From NCBI GenBank assembly GCA_963620575.1, contig CAVFBC010000001.1:111912-175911 (forward strand): a DNA stretch of 64,000 nt, given 5' to 3'. Of the stretch, positions 8,466-19,202 are shown piece after piece. The notes beneath the pieces are model-generated. The model worked only from the letters and a program-made list of their open reading frames with translations, searched no databases and was not told the DNA's origin. This stretch comes from Alistipes putredinis. Its GTDB lineage: Bacteria; Bacteroidota; Bacteroidia; Bacteroidales; Marinilabiliaceae. A program made the translations under genes and the position numbers. Each line of letters opens with the position of its first letter. The stretch's first letter is position 1.

Positions 8466-11400
8466 ATGACAACGACAAAGACATTGTCTCAGGCACAAGC
8501 GACGGGTTTCGGGCGTATGCCTAAGGCCCAGGGTCTATATGACCCCGCCAACGAGCATGACGCGTGTGGTGTCGGCTTCGTTGCTAACATCAAGGGCGAG
8601 AAGACGCACGACATTGTGATGAGGGGTCTGCAGGTGAACGTCAACATGACTCACCGCGGAGCCGAGGGCGCCGACAACAAGAGTGGTGACGGCGCAGGCA
8701 TCCTCATCCAGATGCCACACGAGTTTTTCAAATCGGTCATGCCGGATGTCCCTGAGTTCGGCAAATACGCATCAGGACTTGTTTTCCTCCCCAAGAACGA
8801 GGAGGCGGCAAAGAAGTGCGTTGACAACCTCAACCATTATGTCGAGGCCGAGGGCCTCTCTGTCATTGGTTGGCGCGATGTCCCTGTTGACAGCAGCTGC
8901 GTTGGCGAGATTGCCTTGCGCAATGAGCCGCGTATCCGCCAGATCTTTGTCCGCAGCCATGGCGAGGAGACGGATAAGTTCGAGCGCAAACTTTACATGG
9001 TCCGCAAGCAGGCCGAGATAAGGGTCCGCCAGAGCAATATAATTGACAAGGAGTCATATTATGTAGTCTCTCTCTCAAGCCGCACTTTCATCTATAAGGG
9101 TATGCTAACCCCGAAGCAGCTTGGTGAGTACTTCCTTGATTTGCGCGACCCTAAGTGCAAGAGCGCCATTGCCGTGGTCCACTCACGTTTCTCTACCAAT
9201 ACGTTCCCGACTTGGGATCTTGCCCAGCCTTTCCGCATGCTGGCACACAACGGTGAGATTAACACCATCCGCGGCAACCGCCTCTGGATGCAAGCGCGAG
9301 AGGGAATCCTCCAGAGTGACCTCTTTGGCGACGACCTCAAGAAGTGCTTCCCTATAGTCGAGCCCAACATGAGCGACTCGGCGTCTTTTGACAATGTATT
9401 CGAGTTCCTTGTCCAGGCCGGGCGCACCATGCCTCAGGCCCTCACGATGATGGTGCCGGAGAGCTGGAACGACAAGAACCCTATTCCTGACTCTCTCAAG
9501 GCTTATTACGAGTATCACTCGACCATCATGGAGCCGTGGGACGGGCCTGCCGCTCTCGTCTTCACAGATGGACGTTACGTCGGTGGCACGCTCGACCGCA
9601 ACGGTCTGCGACCCAGCCGCTATGTCATCACTAAGAATGACATGATTGTCATGGGCTCTGAGGTAGGTGTGCAGATTTTCGAGCCTGAGGATATAAAGGA
9701 GAAGGGCCGTCTGCGCCCTGGTAAGCTGCTCCTCGTCGATACCCAGTTGGGAACTATCATACCCAACGATGAGGCTAAGCTCCAGATCGCTCGCATGCAC
9801 CCATACGAGAACTGGCTGCGCAACAACCGTTTCAGCCTCGACGACATCAAGACCGAGGTCAAGGCCCCAGAGTCTGTTGTGCCCGATGACAAGTTCGACA
9901 CCTATAAGAAGGTGTTCGGATACAACAAGGAGGACTTCAAGCTCACAATCGCGCCCATGGCCAACACGGGCAATGAGCCGAGCAGCTCGATGGGTAATGA
10001 CACCCCGACGGCAGCCTTCAGTGAGAAGCCGCAGAACCTCTTCCAGTATTTCCGTCAGACTTTCGCGCAGGTCACCAACCCGCCAATCGACTCCATCCGA
10101 GAGGGGCTTGTCATGAGCTTGACGCACTACATTGGCTCCATCATGGGCAACCTCTTGGCAGAGGAGCCTCTGCAGTGCCGCACCCTTAAGTTTGACAGCC
10201 CTATCGTCTCAAACACCGACTTGGCTAAGATCAAGGACGGCAAGAACTCACAGTTCACTCATGTCACCATCCCCACCCTCTTCCCTGTCGGGTCTGGCGG
10301 TGTGGGCCTTCAGAACGCCCTCCACAACATCTGCAAGCAGGCTGAGGACGCTGTCGATGCGCAAAAGAACTATATAATCCTGTCTGACAAGGGTATCAGC
10401 GAGGACATGGTGCCCATCCCGAGCCTTTTGGCAGTGGCCACAGTACACCATCACCTCATCCGCGCTAAGAAGCGTATGCAGGTCGGTCTCATCGTCGAGA
10501 CTGGTGACGCCCGCGAGGTCATGCATTTCGCTCTCCTTCTTGGCTATGGCGCATCAATCATTAACCCGTATCTATGCTTCGTCTCAATCGAGCATCTCAT
10601 CCGCGAGGGTCAGATTACGACAGACTATGTCACGGCGCGTGACAACTACATCCACGCTGTCGACAAGGGCATCCTCAAGATAATGAGCAAGATGGGTATC
10701 TCGACCCTTCTCAGTTATCATGGAGCTCAGCAGTTTGAGAGCATTGGCCTCAGCCAGGAGGTCATCGACAGCTGTTTTGTCGGCACACCGAGCAAGATAG
10801 GCGGCCTCGGTTTCAAGGAATTGGCGACAGAGGCTGAGATGTTCCACAAGCGCGCATTTGGCGAGCAGCCTTTCGCAGGCTCTGACGTGTTTGACATTGA
10901 CGGTCGTTTCGCATATCGCAAGTATGGCGAGCGACACGGCTGGAACCCGGACAGCATTGCTCTTCTGCAGTGGGCTACGAGCCAAAACGACTATAATAAG
11001 TTTAAGGAGTTCAGTGCCAAGGTTAACGCTGACAATGCTTCTCCACTCTTCATCCGCGGTTTCCTCAAGTTGAAGGATGCCCAGCCAATATCGGTAGATG
11101 AGGTTGAGAGTGAGGAGGAAATCATGAAGCGCTTCTGCACTGGCGCAATGAGCTTCGGCGCCATCAGCAAGGAGGCTCATGAGGCCATGGCAATTGCCAT
11201 GAACAGCATCGGAGGCCGCTCTAACACTGGTGAGGGCGGTGAGGATTCTGAGCGTTTCAAGAGCAACCTCCGCTCTTCAATCAAGCAGATAGCCTCTGGC
11301 CGTTTCGGTGTCACGAACAACTATCTCGTCAATGCCGACGAGCTGCAAATTAAGATTGCGCAGGGTGCTAAGCCGGGTGAGGGTGGCCAGTTGCCTGGTT

Positions 11401-13034
11401 TCAAGGTGAACAACATCATCGCCAAGATGCGTAACTCTACCCCGGGCATCACCCTCATCTCTCCCCCACCTCATCATGACATCTACTCGATTGAGGACCT
11501 CAAGCAGCTTATTTTTGACCTCAAGTGCACCAACCCCCACGCCAAGATAAGCGTCAAGCTCGTTTCTGAGAGTGGTGTAGGCACCATCGCCGCTGGTGTG
11601 GCAAAGGCAAAGGCTGACCTCATTGTCATCTCGGGTGCCGAGGGTGGCACAGGCGCAAGCCCCGCCAGCTCAATCAAGTATGCTGGTATGCCGGTCGAGA
11701 TTGGTCTGGCCGAGACTCAGCAGACACTTGTCATGAATAACCTCCGTGGACGTGTCAAAATCCAGACTGATGGTCAGCTGAAGAATGGCATGGACGTTGT
11801 CAAGATGGCCTGCCTTGGCGCTGAGGAGTATGGTTTCGCCACCTCGGCCCTCATTGTCCTGGGCTGCGTTATGATGCGTAAGTGCCACCTGAACACTTGC
11901 CCCACAGGCATTGCCACTCAGGATGAGGAGCTGCGCAAGCGTTTCCGCGGCAAGAGCGAGTACCTTGTCAACTACTTCCGTTTCCTCGCTCGTGAGGTAC
12001 GTGAGATTTTGGCCTCGATGGGAGCTCATTCGCTCAATGACATCATTGGACGCTCTGACCTCCTTGAGCAAGACAAGACTGTTGGCAACTGGAAGACATC
12101 CGGCATCGATATGAGCCGAATCACCTATTTCCAGGAGGCAGGCAAGCGTTTTGCCATCTACAACACAACTGAGCAGGATCATGACCTCGCCGGCGTTATG
12201 GACTACGACCTCATCGCGCAGAGTGAGGCTGCCCTCCAGAGCGGTCAGAAGGTTTGGATCAGCAAGGACATTAATAACGTTGACCGTACTGTCGGCGCTA
12301 TGCTCTCTGGCGAGATCTCAAAGATCTATGGCGAGAAGGGCCTCCCAGAGGATACCATCAATGGCACTTTCTTCGGCTCGGCTGGTCAAAGCTTCGGAGC
12401 ATTCCTTGTCCCTGGCGTGACTTTCCGTCTTGAGGGTGAGAGCAATGACTACCTTGGCAAGGGTCTTTCCGGTGGCAAGATTATCGTTGTTCCGCCTGTT
12501 GGCAGCAAGTTCGTCCCCGAGGATAACATCATCATTGGCAACACAGTGCTTTATGGCGCTACGACTGGTTTCGTCTCAGTCCGCGGCGTAGCCGGCGAGC
12601 GTTTCGCTGTCCGTAACTCTGGCGCCTCGGCAGTCGTCGAGGGTGTGGGTGACCACTGCTGCGAGTACATGACTGGTGGACGTGTAGTGGTCATCGGCAA
12701 GACGGGTCGCAATTTCGCGGCAGGCATGAGCGGTGGTATCGCCTACGTGCTCGATGAGGACGGTGACTTCGACTTCTATTGCAACAAGGGTCTTGTCGAC
12801 CTCTGTCCTCTCGATGACAAGGCGGATATCCTTGAGCTTCAGGGCATGCTCTCTAAGCACCTGCTTTACACCAACTCGGCCAAGGCAAGGCGTATCCTGT
12901 CCAACTGGAACAAATACGTCCACAAGTTTGTCAAGGTCATCCCGTTCGAGTATAAGAAGGTCCTCGAGGAGCGGAAACTTAAGGAGCTTGAGAAGAAGCT
13001 CACTGGCAACGAGGAGAGCAACATCCACAATTAG
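8466..13034 (+). CDS. gltB: Glutamate synthase large subunit
   Basis: 1522 aa. The N-terminal CGVGFVA Ntn-amidotransferase motif, the central FMN/Fe-S domain and the C-terminal GXGDHxCEYMTGG GXGXG domain are all present. Confidence 0.97.
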   Translation: MTTTKTLSQAQATGFGRMPKAQGLYDPANEHDACGVGFVANIKGEKTHDIVMRGLQVNVNMTHRGAEGADNKSGDGAGILIQMPHEFFKSVMPDVPEFGKYASGLVFLPKNEEAAKKCVDNLNHYVEAEGLSVIGWRDVPVDSSCVGEIALRNEPRIRQIFVRSHGEETDKFERKLYMVRKQAEIRVRQSNIIDKESYYVVSLSSRTFIYKGMLTPKQLGEYFLDLRDPKCKSAIAVVHSRFSTNTFPTWDLAQPFRMLAHNGEINTIRGNRLWMQAREGILQSDLFGDDLKKCFPIVEPNMSDSASFDNVFEFLVQAGRTMPQALTMMVPESWNDKNPIPDSLKAYYEYHSTIMEPWDGPAALVFTDGRYVGGTLDRNGLRPSRYVITKNDMIVMGSEVGVQIFEPEDIKEKGRLRPGKLLLVDTQLGTIIPNDEAKLQIARMHPYENWLRNNRFSLDDIKTEVKAPESVVPDDKFDTYKKVFGYNKEDFKLTIAPMANTGNEPSSSMGNDTPTAAFSEKPQNLFQYFRQTFAQVTNPPIDSIREGLVMSLTHYIGSIMGNLLAEEPLQCRTLKFDSPIVSNTDLAKIKDGKNSQFTHVTIPTLFPVGSGGVGLQNALHNICKQAEDAVDAQKNYIILSDKGISEDMVPIPSLLAVATVHHHLIRAKKRMQVGLIVETGDAREVMHFALLLGYGASIINPYLCFVSIEHLIREGQITTDYVTARDNYIHAVDKGILKIMSKMGISTLLSYHGAQQFESIGLSQEVIDSCFVGTPSKIGGLGFKELATEAEMFHKRAFGEQPFAGSDVFDIDGRFAYRKYGERHGWNPDSIALLQWATSQNDYNKFKEFSAKVNADNASPLFIRGFLKLKDAQPISVDEVESEEEIMKRFCTGAMSFGAISKEAHEAMAIAMNSIGGRSNTGEGGEDSERFKSNLRSSIKQIASGRFGVTNNYLVNADELQIKIAQGAKPGEGGQLPGFKVNNIIAKMRNSTPGITLISPPPHHDIYSIEDLKQLIFDLKCTNPHAKISVKLVSESGVGTIAAGVAKAKADLIVISGAEGGTGASPASSIKYAGMPVEIGLAETQQTLVMNNLRGRVKIQTDGQLKNGMDVVKMACLGAEEYGFATSALIVLGCVMMRKCHLNTCPTGIATQDEELRKRFRGKSEYLVNYFRFLAREVREILASMGAHSLNDIIGRSDLLEQDKTVGNWKTSGIDMSRITYFQEAGKRFAIYNTTEQDHDLAGVMDYDLIAQSEAALQSGQKVWISKDINNVDRTVGAMLSGEISKIYGEKGLPEDTINGTFFGSAGQSFGAFLVPGVTFRLEGESNDYLGKGLSGGKIIVVPPVGSKFVPEDNIIIGNTVLYGATTGFVSVRGVAGERFAVRNSGASAVVEGVGDHCCEYMTGGRVVVIGKTGRNFAAGMSGGIAYVLDEDGDFDFYCNKGLVDLCPLDDKADILELQGMLSKHLLYTNSAKARRILSNWNKYVHKFVKVIPFEYKKVLEERKLKELEKKLTGNEESNIHN

Positions 13035-13165
13035 AAACTGATTTTGGCTTGTCAGTCTACGGCTTCCCTTTTGTAAGGGATAATGCCAATGACGCCAAGG
13101 CAGGCAACATTTTCTGACGTGGATGCCCACGAGTAAGTGATAAAAATTAATTGAAATCCTCAGAC

Positions 13166-13221
13166 CATGCGGGGGCGGGTGCGATACCCCTGCAAGAGGC
13201 GAAAACCTCCGCCCCCGCATG
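13166..13221. other. GC-rich intercistronic stem-loop between gltB and gltD
   Basis: 13-bp perfect inverted repeat catgcgggggcgg / ccgcccccgcatg with a 30-nt loop and no T-tract. Confidence 0.6.
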
Positions 13222-13246
13222 TGTCTTCAAAAGATAAGACATTGAT

Positions 13247-14671
13247 ATGGCAGATCCTAAAGGATTTATGAAGGTGGCCCGCAAGGAAGGCGGCTACCGT
13301 GCCCAGGCCGAGCGTGTAGAGGACTACAGCGAGGTGGAGCAGACGTTGGCCGATGCCGATCGTCAGCTTCAGGCCAGCCGATGCATGGATTGCGGTGTGC
13401 CCTTCTGCCACTGGGCATGCCCCCTTGGCAATAAGAACCCCGAATGGCAGGATGCCGCTTTCAGGGGTGATTGGGAGACGGCTTACAACATCCTCCACTC
13501 AACCAGCAATTTTCCCGAGTTCACTGGTCGTATTTGCCCGGCTCTTTGTGAGAAGAGTTGTGTTTTGGCCATTGACAATGAGGCCGTAACCTGCCGTGAG
13601 AACGAGTGCTCTGTCGTTGAGCACGCTTACAGTCTCGGCATTGTTCAGCCGCGCATTCCTGCGCAGCGCACTGGCAAGAAGGTGGCCATCATTGGTGGTG
13701 GACCTGCAGGTCTCGCTTGCGCTGATTTGCTCAATCAGGCTGGTCACACAGTAACGGTATTTGAGAAAGATAATGCCATTGGCGGTCTGCTCCGCTTCGG
13801 CATACCCGACTTCAAACTCTCTAAGAAGGTCATTGACCGTCGCCTTGCCATTCTTCAGGCAGAGGGTATCACCTTCAAGACTGGCCAGCATGTGGGCGTC
13901 AACGTAAAGCTTGATAAACTCCGCAAGGATTTTGACGCTATCGTTGTGACTATTGGCGCAGGTCAGCCTCGTGACCTCAAGGTTGAGGGACGCGACCTCA
14001 GGGGTGTTCATTTCGCACTTGAGTTCCTTCAGCAGCAGAACCACGTTAACCGCGGTGACGCTGTTAAGGATGCTGATCGTATTTTGGCTACTGGCAAGCC
14101 CGTGCTCGTCATTGGTGGTGGTGATACTGGCTCAGACTGCGTCGGAACCAGCAACCGCCAGAAGGCGCGCTCAGTCATGCAGATTGAGATTATGCCTAAG
14201 CCGAGCGAGAACCGTCAGCCGGGCAACCCTTGGCCTTATTGGCCCAATGTCCTCAAGACCACAAGTAGCCATAAGGAAGGTTGTGACCGCCGTTGGAGCT
14301 TGAATACCAAGCGTTTTATTGGTGAGAACGGTCAGGTCAAGAAAGTTGAGCTTGTCGAGGTTGAGTGGAAAAAGGATGCCAACGGTCGTTGGCAGATGAC
14401 TGAGAAGCCTGAGACAGCCTACACTGTCGATGCTGAGCTCGTGCTTCTGTGCATGGGCTTCCTCTCCCCTGTTCACGAGGGTCTCGTCACCGAGCTTGGT
14501 GTTGAACTTGATCAGCGTGGCAACATCAAGGTGGACAAGAACGGAATGTCGAGCGTCGAGGGTGTCTTTGCCGCTGGCGACGCTGCCACTGGCGCAAGCC
14601 TCGTGGTCCGTGCAATAGCTCGTGGACGCGAGACTGCCGAGGGAGTCCATAATTACCTGATGAAAAAGTAG
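13247..14671 (+). CDS. gltD: Glutamate synthase small subunit (NADPH)
   Basis: N-terminal Cys clusters CMDCGVPFC / CPLGN, and the Rossmann motifs VAIIGGGPAGLACA and VLVIGGGDTGSDC. Confidence 0.95.
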   Translation: MADPKGFMKVARKEGGYRAQAERVEDYSEVEQTLADADRQLQASRCMDCGVPFCHWACPLGNKNPEWQDAAFRGDWETAYNILHSTSNFPEFTGRICPALCEKSCVLAIDNEAVTCRENECSVVEHAYSLGIVQPRIPAQRTGKKVAIIGGGPAGLACADLLNQAGHTVTVFEKDNAIGGLLRFGIPDFKLSKKVIDRRLAILQAEGITFKTGQHVGVNVKLDKLRKDFDAIVVTIGAGQPRDLKVEGRDLRGVHFALEFLQQQNHVNRGDAVKDADRILATGKPVLVIGGGDTGSDCVGTSNRQKARSVMQIEIMPKPSENRQPGNPWPYWPNVLKTTSSHKEGCDRRWSLNTKRFIGENGQVKKVELVEVEWKKDANGRWQMTEKPETAYTVDAELVLLCMGFLSPVHEGLVTELGVELDQRGNIKVDKNGMSSVEGVFAAGDAATGASLVVRAIARGRETAEGVHNYLMKK

Positions 14672-14755
14672 TCCAAGCGGCCTGACAGGTTTTTCCCGTC
14701 GGGCTAAAACTTCGGGCTAAGAATATAATCTGTTAGTCTGGTTTTTTTATTGTCA

Positions 14756-14797
14756 AGCCTTCGCAATGGATGTGATATCCGTTGCGAGGGCTTTTTC
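14756..14797 (+). terminator. Rho-independent terminator of gltBD
   Basis: 15-bp stem agccttcgcaatgga/tccgttgcgagggct (two G-U pairs) followed by ttttcg. Confidence 0.6.
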
Positions 14798-14822
14798 GTT
14801 TGTGACTATGTTGTTTATATGC

Positions 14823-14830
14823 TAAATTTG
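14823..14830 (+). promoter_or_regulatory. -7 box (TAnnTTTG)
   Basis: taaatttg lies 75 nt upstream of the ATG at 14905. Confidence 0.35.
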
Positions 14831-14904
14831 TGAATGAATTAAAAAGAAGAGAATACAGCTGAATACTTTAAACACCATACAACCAAATATCTAAATCACT
14901 AAAA

Positions 14905-15792
14905 ATGAGAATTAAATTATTTGCGGCGGCACTCACCATGCTGTCTGTCGGATTCTCCTCATGCGACAAGGAGGAGGTCTACATGATGTTGAGCAACGGT
15001 CAAAATGATTCAACCTACATTGGACAGTCACGAGTTGATACCATTGTAATTGACGCGTCACGGATTGACACTATTGTCATTAGCCGAACCGACACCATCT
15101 ATGTGAAAAACGACGGTGGTGAGACAGAGGATGATTTGTCTCAGCTCAAGGCCGTTGACCTCGGCCTCTCAGTCAAATGGGCCAGTGCCAATGTTGGCGC
15201 CACCTATCCGTGGAATTATGGCTCTTATTTCGCATGGGGCGAGACGAGCAGCAAGGACAACTATTCGAGGGATTCTTATAAATGGTATGATGGTACTTAT
15301 ACCACAACAGATTTTGGTGTAACTAAGTACGACATCTCATCCACAGGTGATGGACTTGCCATTCTCGAGGCAGAGGATGATGCGGCAACGCATATTCTCG
15401 GATCTGGTTGGCGCACTCCGACAGCCGATGAGTGGTCTGAGCTTATCGATTCGAGAAAGTGCACAATGGTTATAATGAAAGACTATAAAGGCACAGGTAT
15501 CAATGGTATGCTCATAGTCAGCAACACCAATGGTAATTCGATATTCCTTCCGGCAAATGGTTACTCTCCCTCTACCGAATTGAAGGATGGCGGTACCAAT
15601 GGTTACTATTGGACTTCAACTGTGGCACCTGCTGATTACTCTACCACCGGTAAGAGTGTTAAATATGCGTCAATTTACTGCCAAAGCTCAGCATCGATTA
15701 AGCTTGTCAGTTCGATGACCGCAAGTAATAGTTATTCAATCACTCGTTATTTAGGAATGACTGTCCGTCCTGTTTATGACGAATCAAAGTAA
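14905..15792 (+). CDS. Lipoprotein with a Fib_succ_major/DUF1566-like C-terminal domain
   Basis: Lipobox GFSSC; three short peptide repeats SRVDTIVI/SRIDTIVI/SRTDTIYV; motifs YFAWGET, GWRTPTADEWSEL, FLPANGY and GYYWTS. The family name is recalled, not searched. Confidence 0.5.
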   Translation: MRIKLFAAALTMLSVGFSSCDKEEVYMMLSNGQNDSTYIGQSRVDTIVIDASRIDTIVISRTDTIYVKNDGGETEDDLSQLKAVDLGLSVKWASANVGATYPWNYGSYFAWGETSSKDNYSRDSYKWYDGTYTTTDFGVTKYDISSTGDGLAILEAEDDAATHILGSGWRTPTADEWSELIDSRKCTMVIMKDYKGTGINGMLIVSNTNGNSIFLPANGYSPSTELKDGGTNGYYWTSTVAPADYSTTGKSVKYASIYCQSSASIKLVSSMTASNSYSITRYLGMTVRPVYDESK

Positions 15793-15823
15793 AGCAGTAA
15801 AACAGAATTCATAAACAAGAGCA

Positions 15824-15861
15824 ATCGCCCCGCCAAACTTGAAAGAGTTTGGCGGGGCGAT
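15824..15861. terminator. Bidirectional terminator between convergent genes
   Basis: 16-bp perfect stem atcgccccgccaaact/agtttggcggggcgat followed by ttgtttctt. Confidence 0.75.
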
Positions 15862-15911
15862 TTGTTTCTTATCTACACCCTTAATAACTAATGTGTTTAT
15901 GCATGACAATT

Positions 15912-18836
15912 TCAGTCAGCCCCGTCCCGAATGCTGCGTAACAAGGTCAGCAAATCATCTTCGCGCTGCAGATCCATCTTTTTGCGCAGTCTGTAGCGGA
16001 GCATCTCGACTCCGCGGACAGAGATGCCCATGAGCGGTGCGACTTCTTTATTTATCAAGCCCATGACGATGTATACGCACAACTTCTTCTCGTTGTAGCC
16101 AATCCATGGGAAGCGAGCCTGAAGCTTGCGCATGAAACTGTCGTTGACAATGTCGAAGTTCTGCTCAAAGCGTTTCCAGTCGACCTTGTCATCAGCGGCT
16201 TGGGTCAGCTTGCCTTGCAATTGGGCCAAATGCTTTTGAGCCAAAGCGGCATCTTTTGACTCAATGTCCTCTTGCGCCTTGCTCACCTCGCGCTTAATCT
16301 TGGTAATTAGCTCGTTGCGACTGATGGTGTTGAGCATTATGGTTGACAATTCTTGGCTTTTGGCCTTAAGGTCGGCCTCCATTTTCTCATTGCGTAATTG
16401 AAGGATTTCTTTGTCAAGCAGCAGGTTTTGTTGTTTCATTGCCTCCTCCTTGCGTCTCATCTCCTCCTCCTTCTGTTTTGTCAATTTGAGTCGGGCCTGC
16501 CTGTTATGTCTTTTGACGGCGAGCGTAACCACGCCTGCCACAGATGCAGCAGTTAGGCAGTAGAGTGTTATTGCCCACCACGTCATGTACCATGGTGGGA
16601 GGATGGTGAATGCGATTTCGGCAGGTTCGCATAGTGACCCGTCGCTGAGGTTCGTGGATATACTGAAAATATATTCGCCAGGCGAAAGGTACGTATATTC
16701 CTTGCTTAAGGATTCATCTGTGACTCCATAAAGATCCTCTCCATCACGTGTCAGGCGGCATGTGAATTTAAGGTGGCGAGTCTCCCCCGGTGTGCAACCA
16801 TAGGTGATTCTGACAGAGTTCTGGTTATAGGGAATCTCCACCTTAGGAACATCCTGGTCAAATGAATAGCCGTAGAGCGTGGTCTCATGTCCTGGTGTTA
16901 TGGATGACATTTGCCTGATGAAGAGGGATGTGTGCAGGCTTTGGTTGCGATTGGCTGCGTTATGCATGTCGGCTAAGGCGAAACCTTGAACGCATGTGAC
17001 CACGGCTTGCCCATTGCCAATGGGGGTTAGGTCTGTGAAGCCATATATATAGAACGAGGGTAGGTTCCATACAACAAGTGGCCTCTCTGCATATTGTCCG
17101 GAGTGCGGGTCAAATGGGCGGACTTTGAGTGCGTCGCCGTTTATGTACCATATGTTGCCACTGATGTCTTTTGACAGGCATGAGTAGAATGTGTCGGGGC
17201 CGTCTAATAGGTTGAGAATGCTCGCATCATTCGTCAGTTCTCCCTCTTTGTCGGTCATGTAGCTCTTGTCCCCACTGCTTATAACGATTTGCCCATCGAA
17301 ATTCATGACGTTGCTCCATGGGTTCTCCCCATTTGGCTGGTCAAAAACAACCTCGCTCACGCAGCGTGTCATGTCTGGGCTTAACTCAAGGCGCACCACC
17401 TTTTTTTCAGAACAAGCCCAGATGCGTCCTTTCTTGTCTATCTCGAAAGTTTTTATCTGTGTCGGGACTCCTTCAACCTTGTTAACCAAAGATAGAGCGC
17501 CGCTCAATTCCCTGATGATGTAAAAGCCCTCATACCCGCATGCCACAGCGGTGTGGCTGTCATTTGGGAGAGGCTTGACTTGCCAAAATCCGTCGCGGCT
17601 GCTGATGGTGCGCAACTCTCCGCCATCTGTTACTTCAAACAATCCGTTTGTGTGGCTACATATCGTATGGCCCCAAAGTCGAGAAAGCCCCCACACTTGG
17701 CCAACAGAGCCCTTTATGTAATTGGCTTGGAATGTCGTCTGCCCTGCGGGTTGTGGAAAAGGTGTGCTGAAAAGTCCGCGGTTTGTGCCGAGCAAAAGTT
17801 CGTTGCCGTGCAATAGTGTGGCATACCCGCTGCCAAAGTCGCTCTGTGTGTCATATAGTTGGCTCATAGCCGAGCTGACCTCAATGCGGTCAATTCCGTT
17901 GTCCAAGCCGCACCACAGGTTACCGCTGTTATCAAACTTCAAAGAGAGTATAGTGTTATTCTGCAAGCCGTTTGCGGTGGTGACATATTGTGCGTCGCGC
18001 CCGTCAAGGTCGGTTATGGCGACACCTCCCGCGATGGTCCCTTGCGCTATATATTTGTCGTTAACAGCAATACTGAAGAGGCTGTATTTTGCCACATAGT
18101 CATCGGCCTCCGTCTTTTGCCGTCTTATTTGTCCGTCATGGTAGACATAGAGTCCCGAGTTTGCGGTGGCAATCAGAAGACTGCCGCCACGAAATGGCTC
18201 GATATGCTTAATTCCCATCTGGGCTATCTTGTCCGAACCGGCAATTGGACCAGAAAATCTGCCATTTTTCAGTGCGAATATGCCGTCCTGACGAGCAATG
18301 AATAGGGTGTCGGCAGCTACGCACCCCGAATTTATTTGGGCTGGACACGCAATCTTGCTTACCTCTTGCCTACTTGTGTTGTGGACGTAGACGCACGTGT
18401 GTGTTATGAAGTAGACTTCGTCATGACTGACGTCAATCTGCCACACGTCACCCAAATCAGGCACACTTGGTCTGAGGCTGTCGGATAGGCTTTTATATTC
18501 CAATCCGCCCTCGCCATTATCCACAAACATCCCGAACTCATTATTCCCACCGCAATAGACGTCACCATTGTCAGTGATTTTGACGGCCCGCGCCGAAGAT
18601 GAGCGTGAGAGACCATATAAGCTCCATCGCGAGCCGTCATACTCCACCATGCCATAGTTGTTGGCGAAATAGACCCACCCGTTTCTCTGGATGTCTATGT
18701 CCCAGTTTTGAGTCCCAGCCGCATAGTCGAACCGCGAGAAACTTGAAATGGGAATCTGCCATGATGCCACAGTCGGACTATTGGCCCAAAAGGTCAAGAC
18801 GAGCGCAGCTACCAATGTAACGGGGCGAAGGTTCAT
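15912..18836 (-). CDS. PUL regulator: beta-propeller (Reg_prop) / Y_Y_Y sensor, TM helix, coiled coil and C-terminal LuxR-type HTH
   Basis: 974 aa with an N-terminal signal and long propeller-like repeats. It has a TM helix WWAITLYCLTAASVAGVVTLAV and a C-terminus NEKKLCVYIVMGLINKEVAPLMGISVRGVEMLRYRLRKKM. It is divergent from susC. Confidence 0.8.
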   Translation of the reverse strand: MNLRPVTLVAALVLTFWANSPTVASWQIPISSFSRFDYAAGTQNWDIDIQRNGWVYFANNYGMVEYDGSRWSLYGLSRSSSARAVKITDNGDVYCGGNNEFGMFVDNGEGGLEYKSLSDSLRPSVPDLGDVWQIDVSHDEVYFITHTCVYVHNTSRQEVSKIACPAQINSGCVAADTLFIARQDGIFALKNGRFSGPIAGSDKIAQMGIKHIEPFRGGSLLIATANSGLYVYHDGQIRRQKTEADDYVAKYSLFSIAVNDKYIAQGTIAGGVAITDLDGRDAQYVTTANGLQNNTILSLKFDNSGNLWCGLDNGIDRIEVSSAMSQLYDTQSDFGSGYATLLHGNELLLGTNRGLFSTPFPQPAGQTTFQANYIKGSVGQVWGLSRLWGHTICSHTNGLFEVTDGGELRTISSRDGFWQVKPLPNDSHTAVACGYEGFYIIRELSGALSLVNKVEGVPTQIKTFEIDKKGRIWACSEKKVVRLELSPDMTRCVSEVVFDQPNGENPWSNVMNFDGQIVISSGDKSYMTDKEGELTNDASILNLLDGPDTFYSCLSKDISGNIWYINGDALKVRPFDPHSGQYAERPLVVWNLPSFYIYGFTDLTPIGNGQAVVTCVQGFALADMHNAANRNQSLHTSLFIRQMSSITPGHETTLYGYSFDQDVPKVEIPYNQNSVRITYGCTPGETRHLKFTCRLTRDGEDLYGVTDESLSKEYTYLSPGEYIFSISTNLSDGSLCEPAEIAFTILPPWYMTWWAITLYCLTAASVAGVVTLAVKRHNRQARLKLTKQKEEEMRRKEEAMKQQNLLLDKEILQLRNEKMEADLKAKSQELSTIMLNTISRNELITKIKREVSKAQEDIESKDAALAQKHLAQLQGKLTQAADDKVDWKRFEQNFDIVNDSFMRKLQARFPWIGYNEKKLCVYIVMGLINKEVAPLMGISVRGVEMLRYRLRKKMDLQREDDLLTLLRSIRDGAD

Positions 18837-19202
18837 GCTTCTTTATGAATTATGGATTGGTTTTTACAAATGCAAAATAATATAAAAATTAAGATTTTAT
18901 CTCTATGAGACTACGACAAAGTAATCTACAGACCATCGCTGCAGAGTATTAAAGAGTGAGGTATGTAGACATTCCGACCTACCTTTTTGAGAGTTGAAGT
19001 TTTTTGTAAACGTTTGGTGCTAATTAATTTAAGCTGATTGTGTAGTATGGCTTCTGCTCTCCATGATTTTTGATGCGTATTCGTGTTGTGCATTTTTAAA
19101 CATATGCAGGGGTGTTTGTGACCAATTTTGTGATGTCAGCCTCGGGAAGAGAAACGAGGTTTTTGATAACAACCGACGACAAACGAAAACATAATTTAAT
19201 TT

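Noticed and set aside
9183-10127. 314-aa minus-strand ORF, plus many other ORFs of 60-200 aa, inside gltB
   Set aside because: These are antisense or out of frame to a full-length, motif-complete gltB. Their Arg/Leu/Val-rich composition is typical of shadow ORFs in GC3-rich genes.
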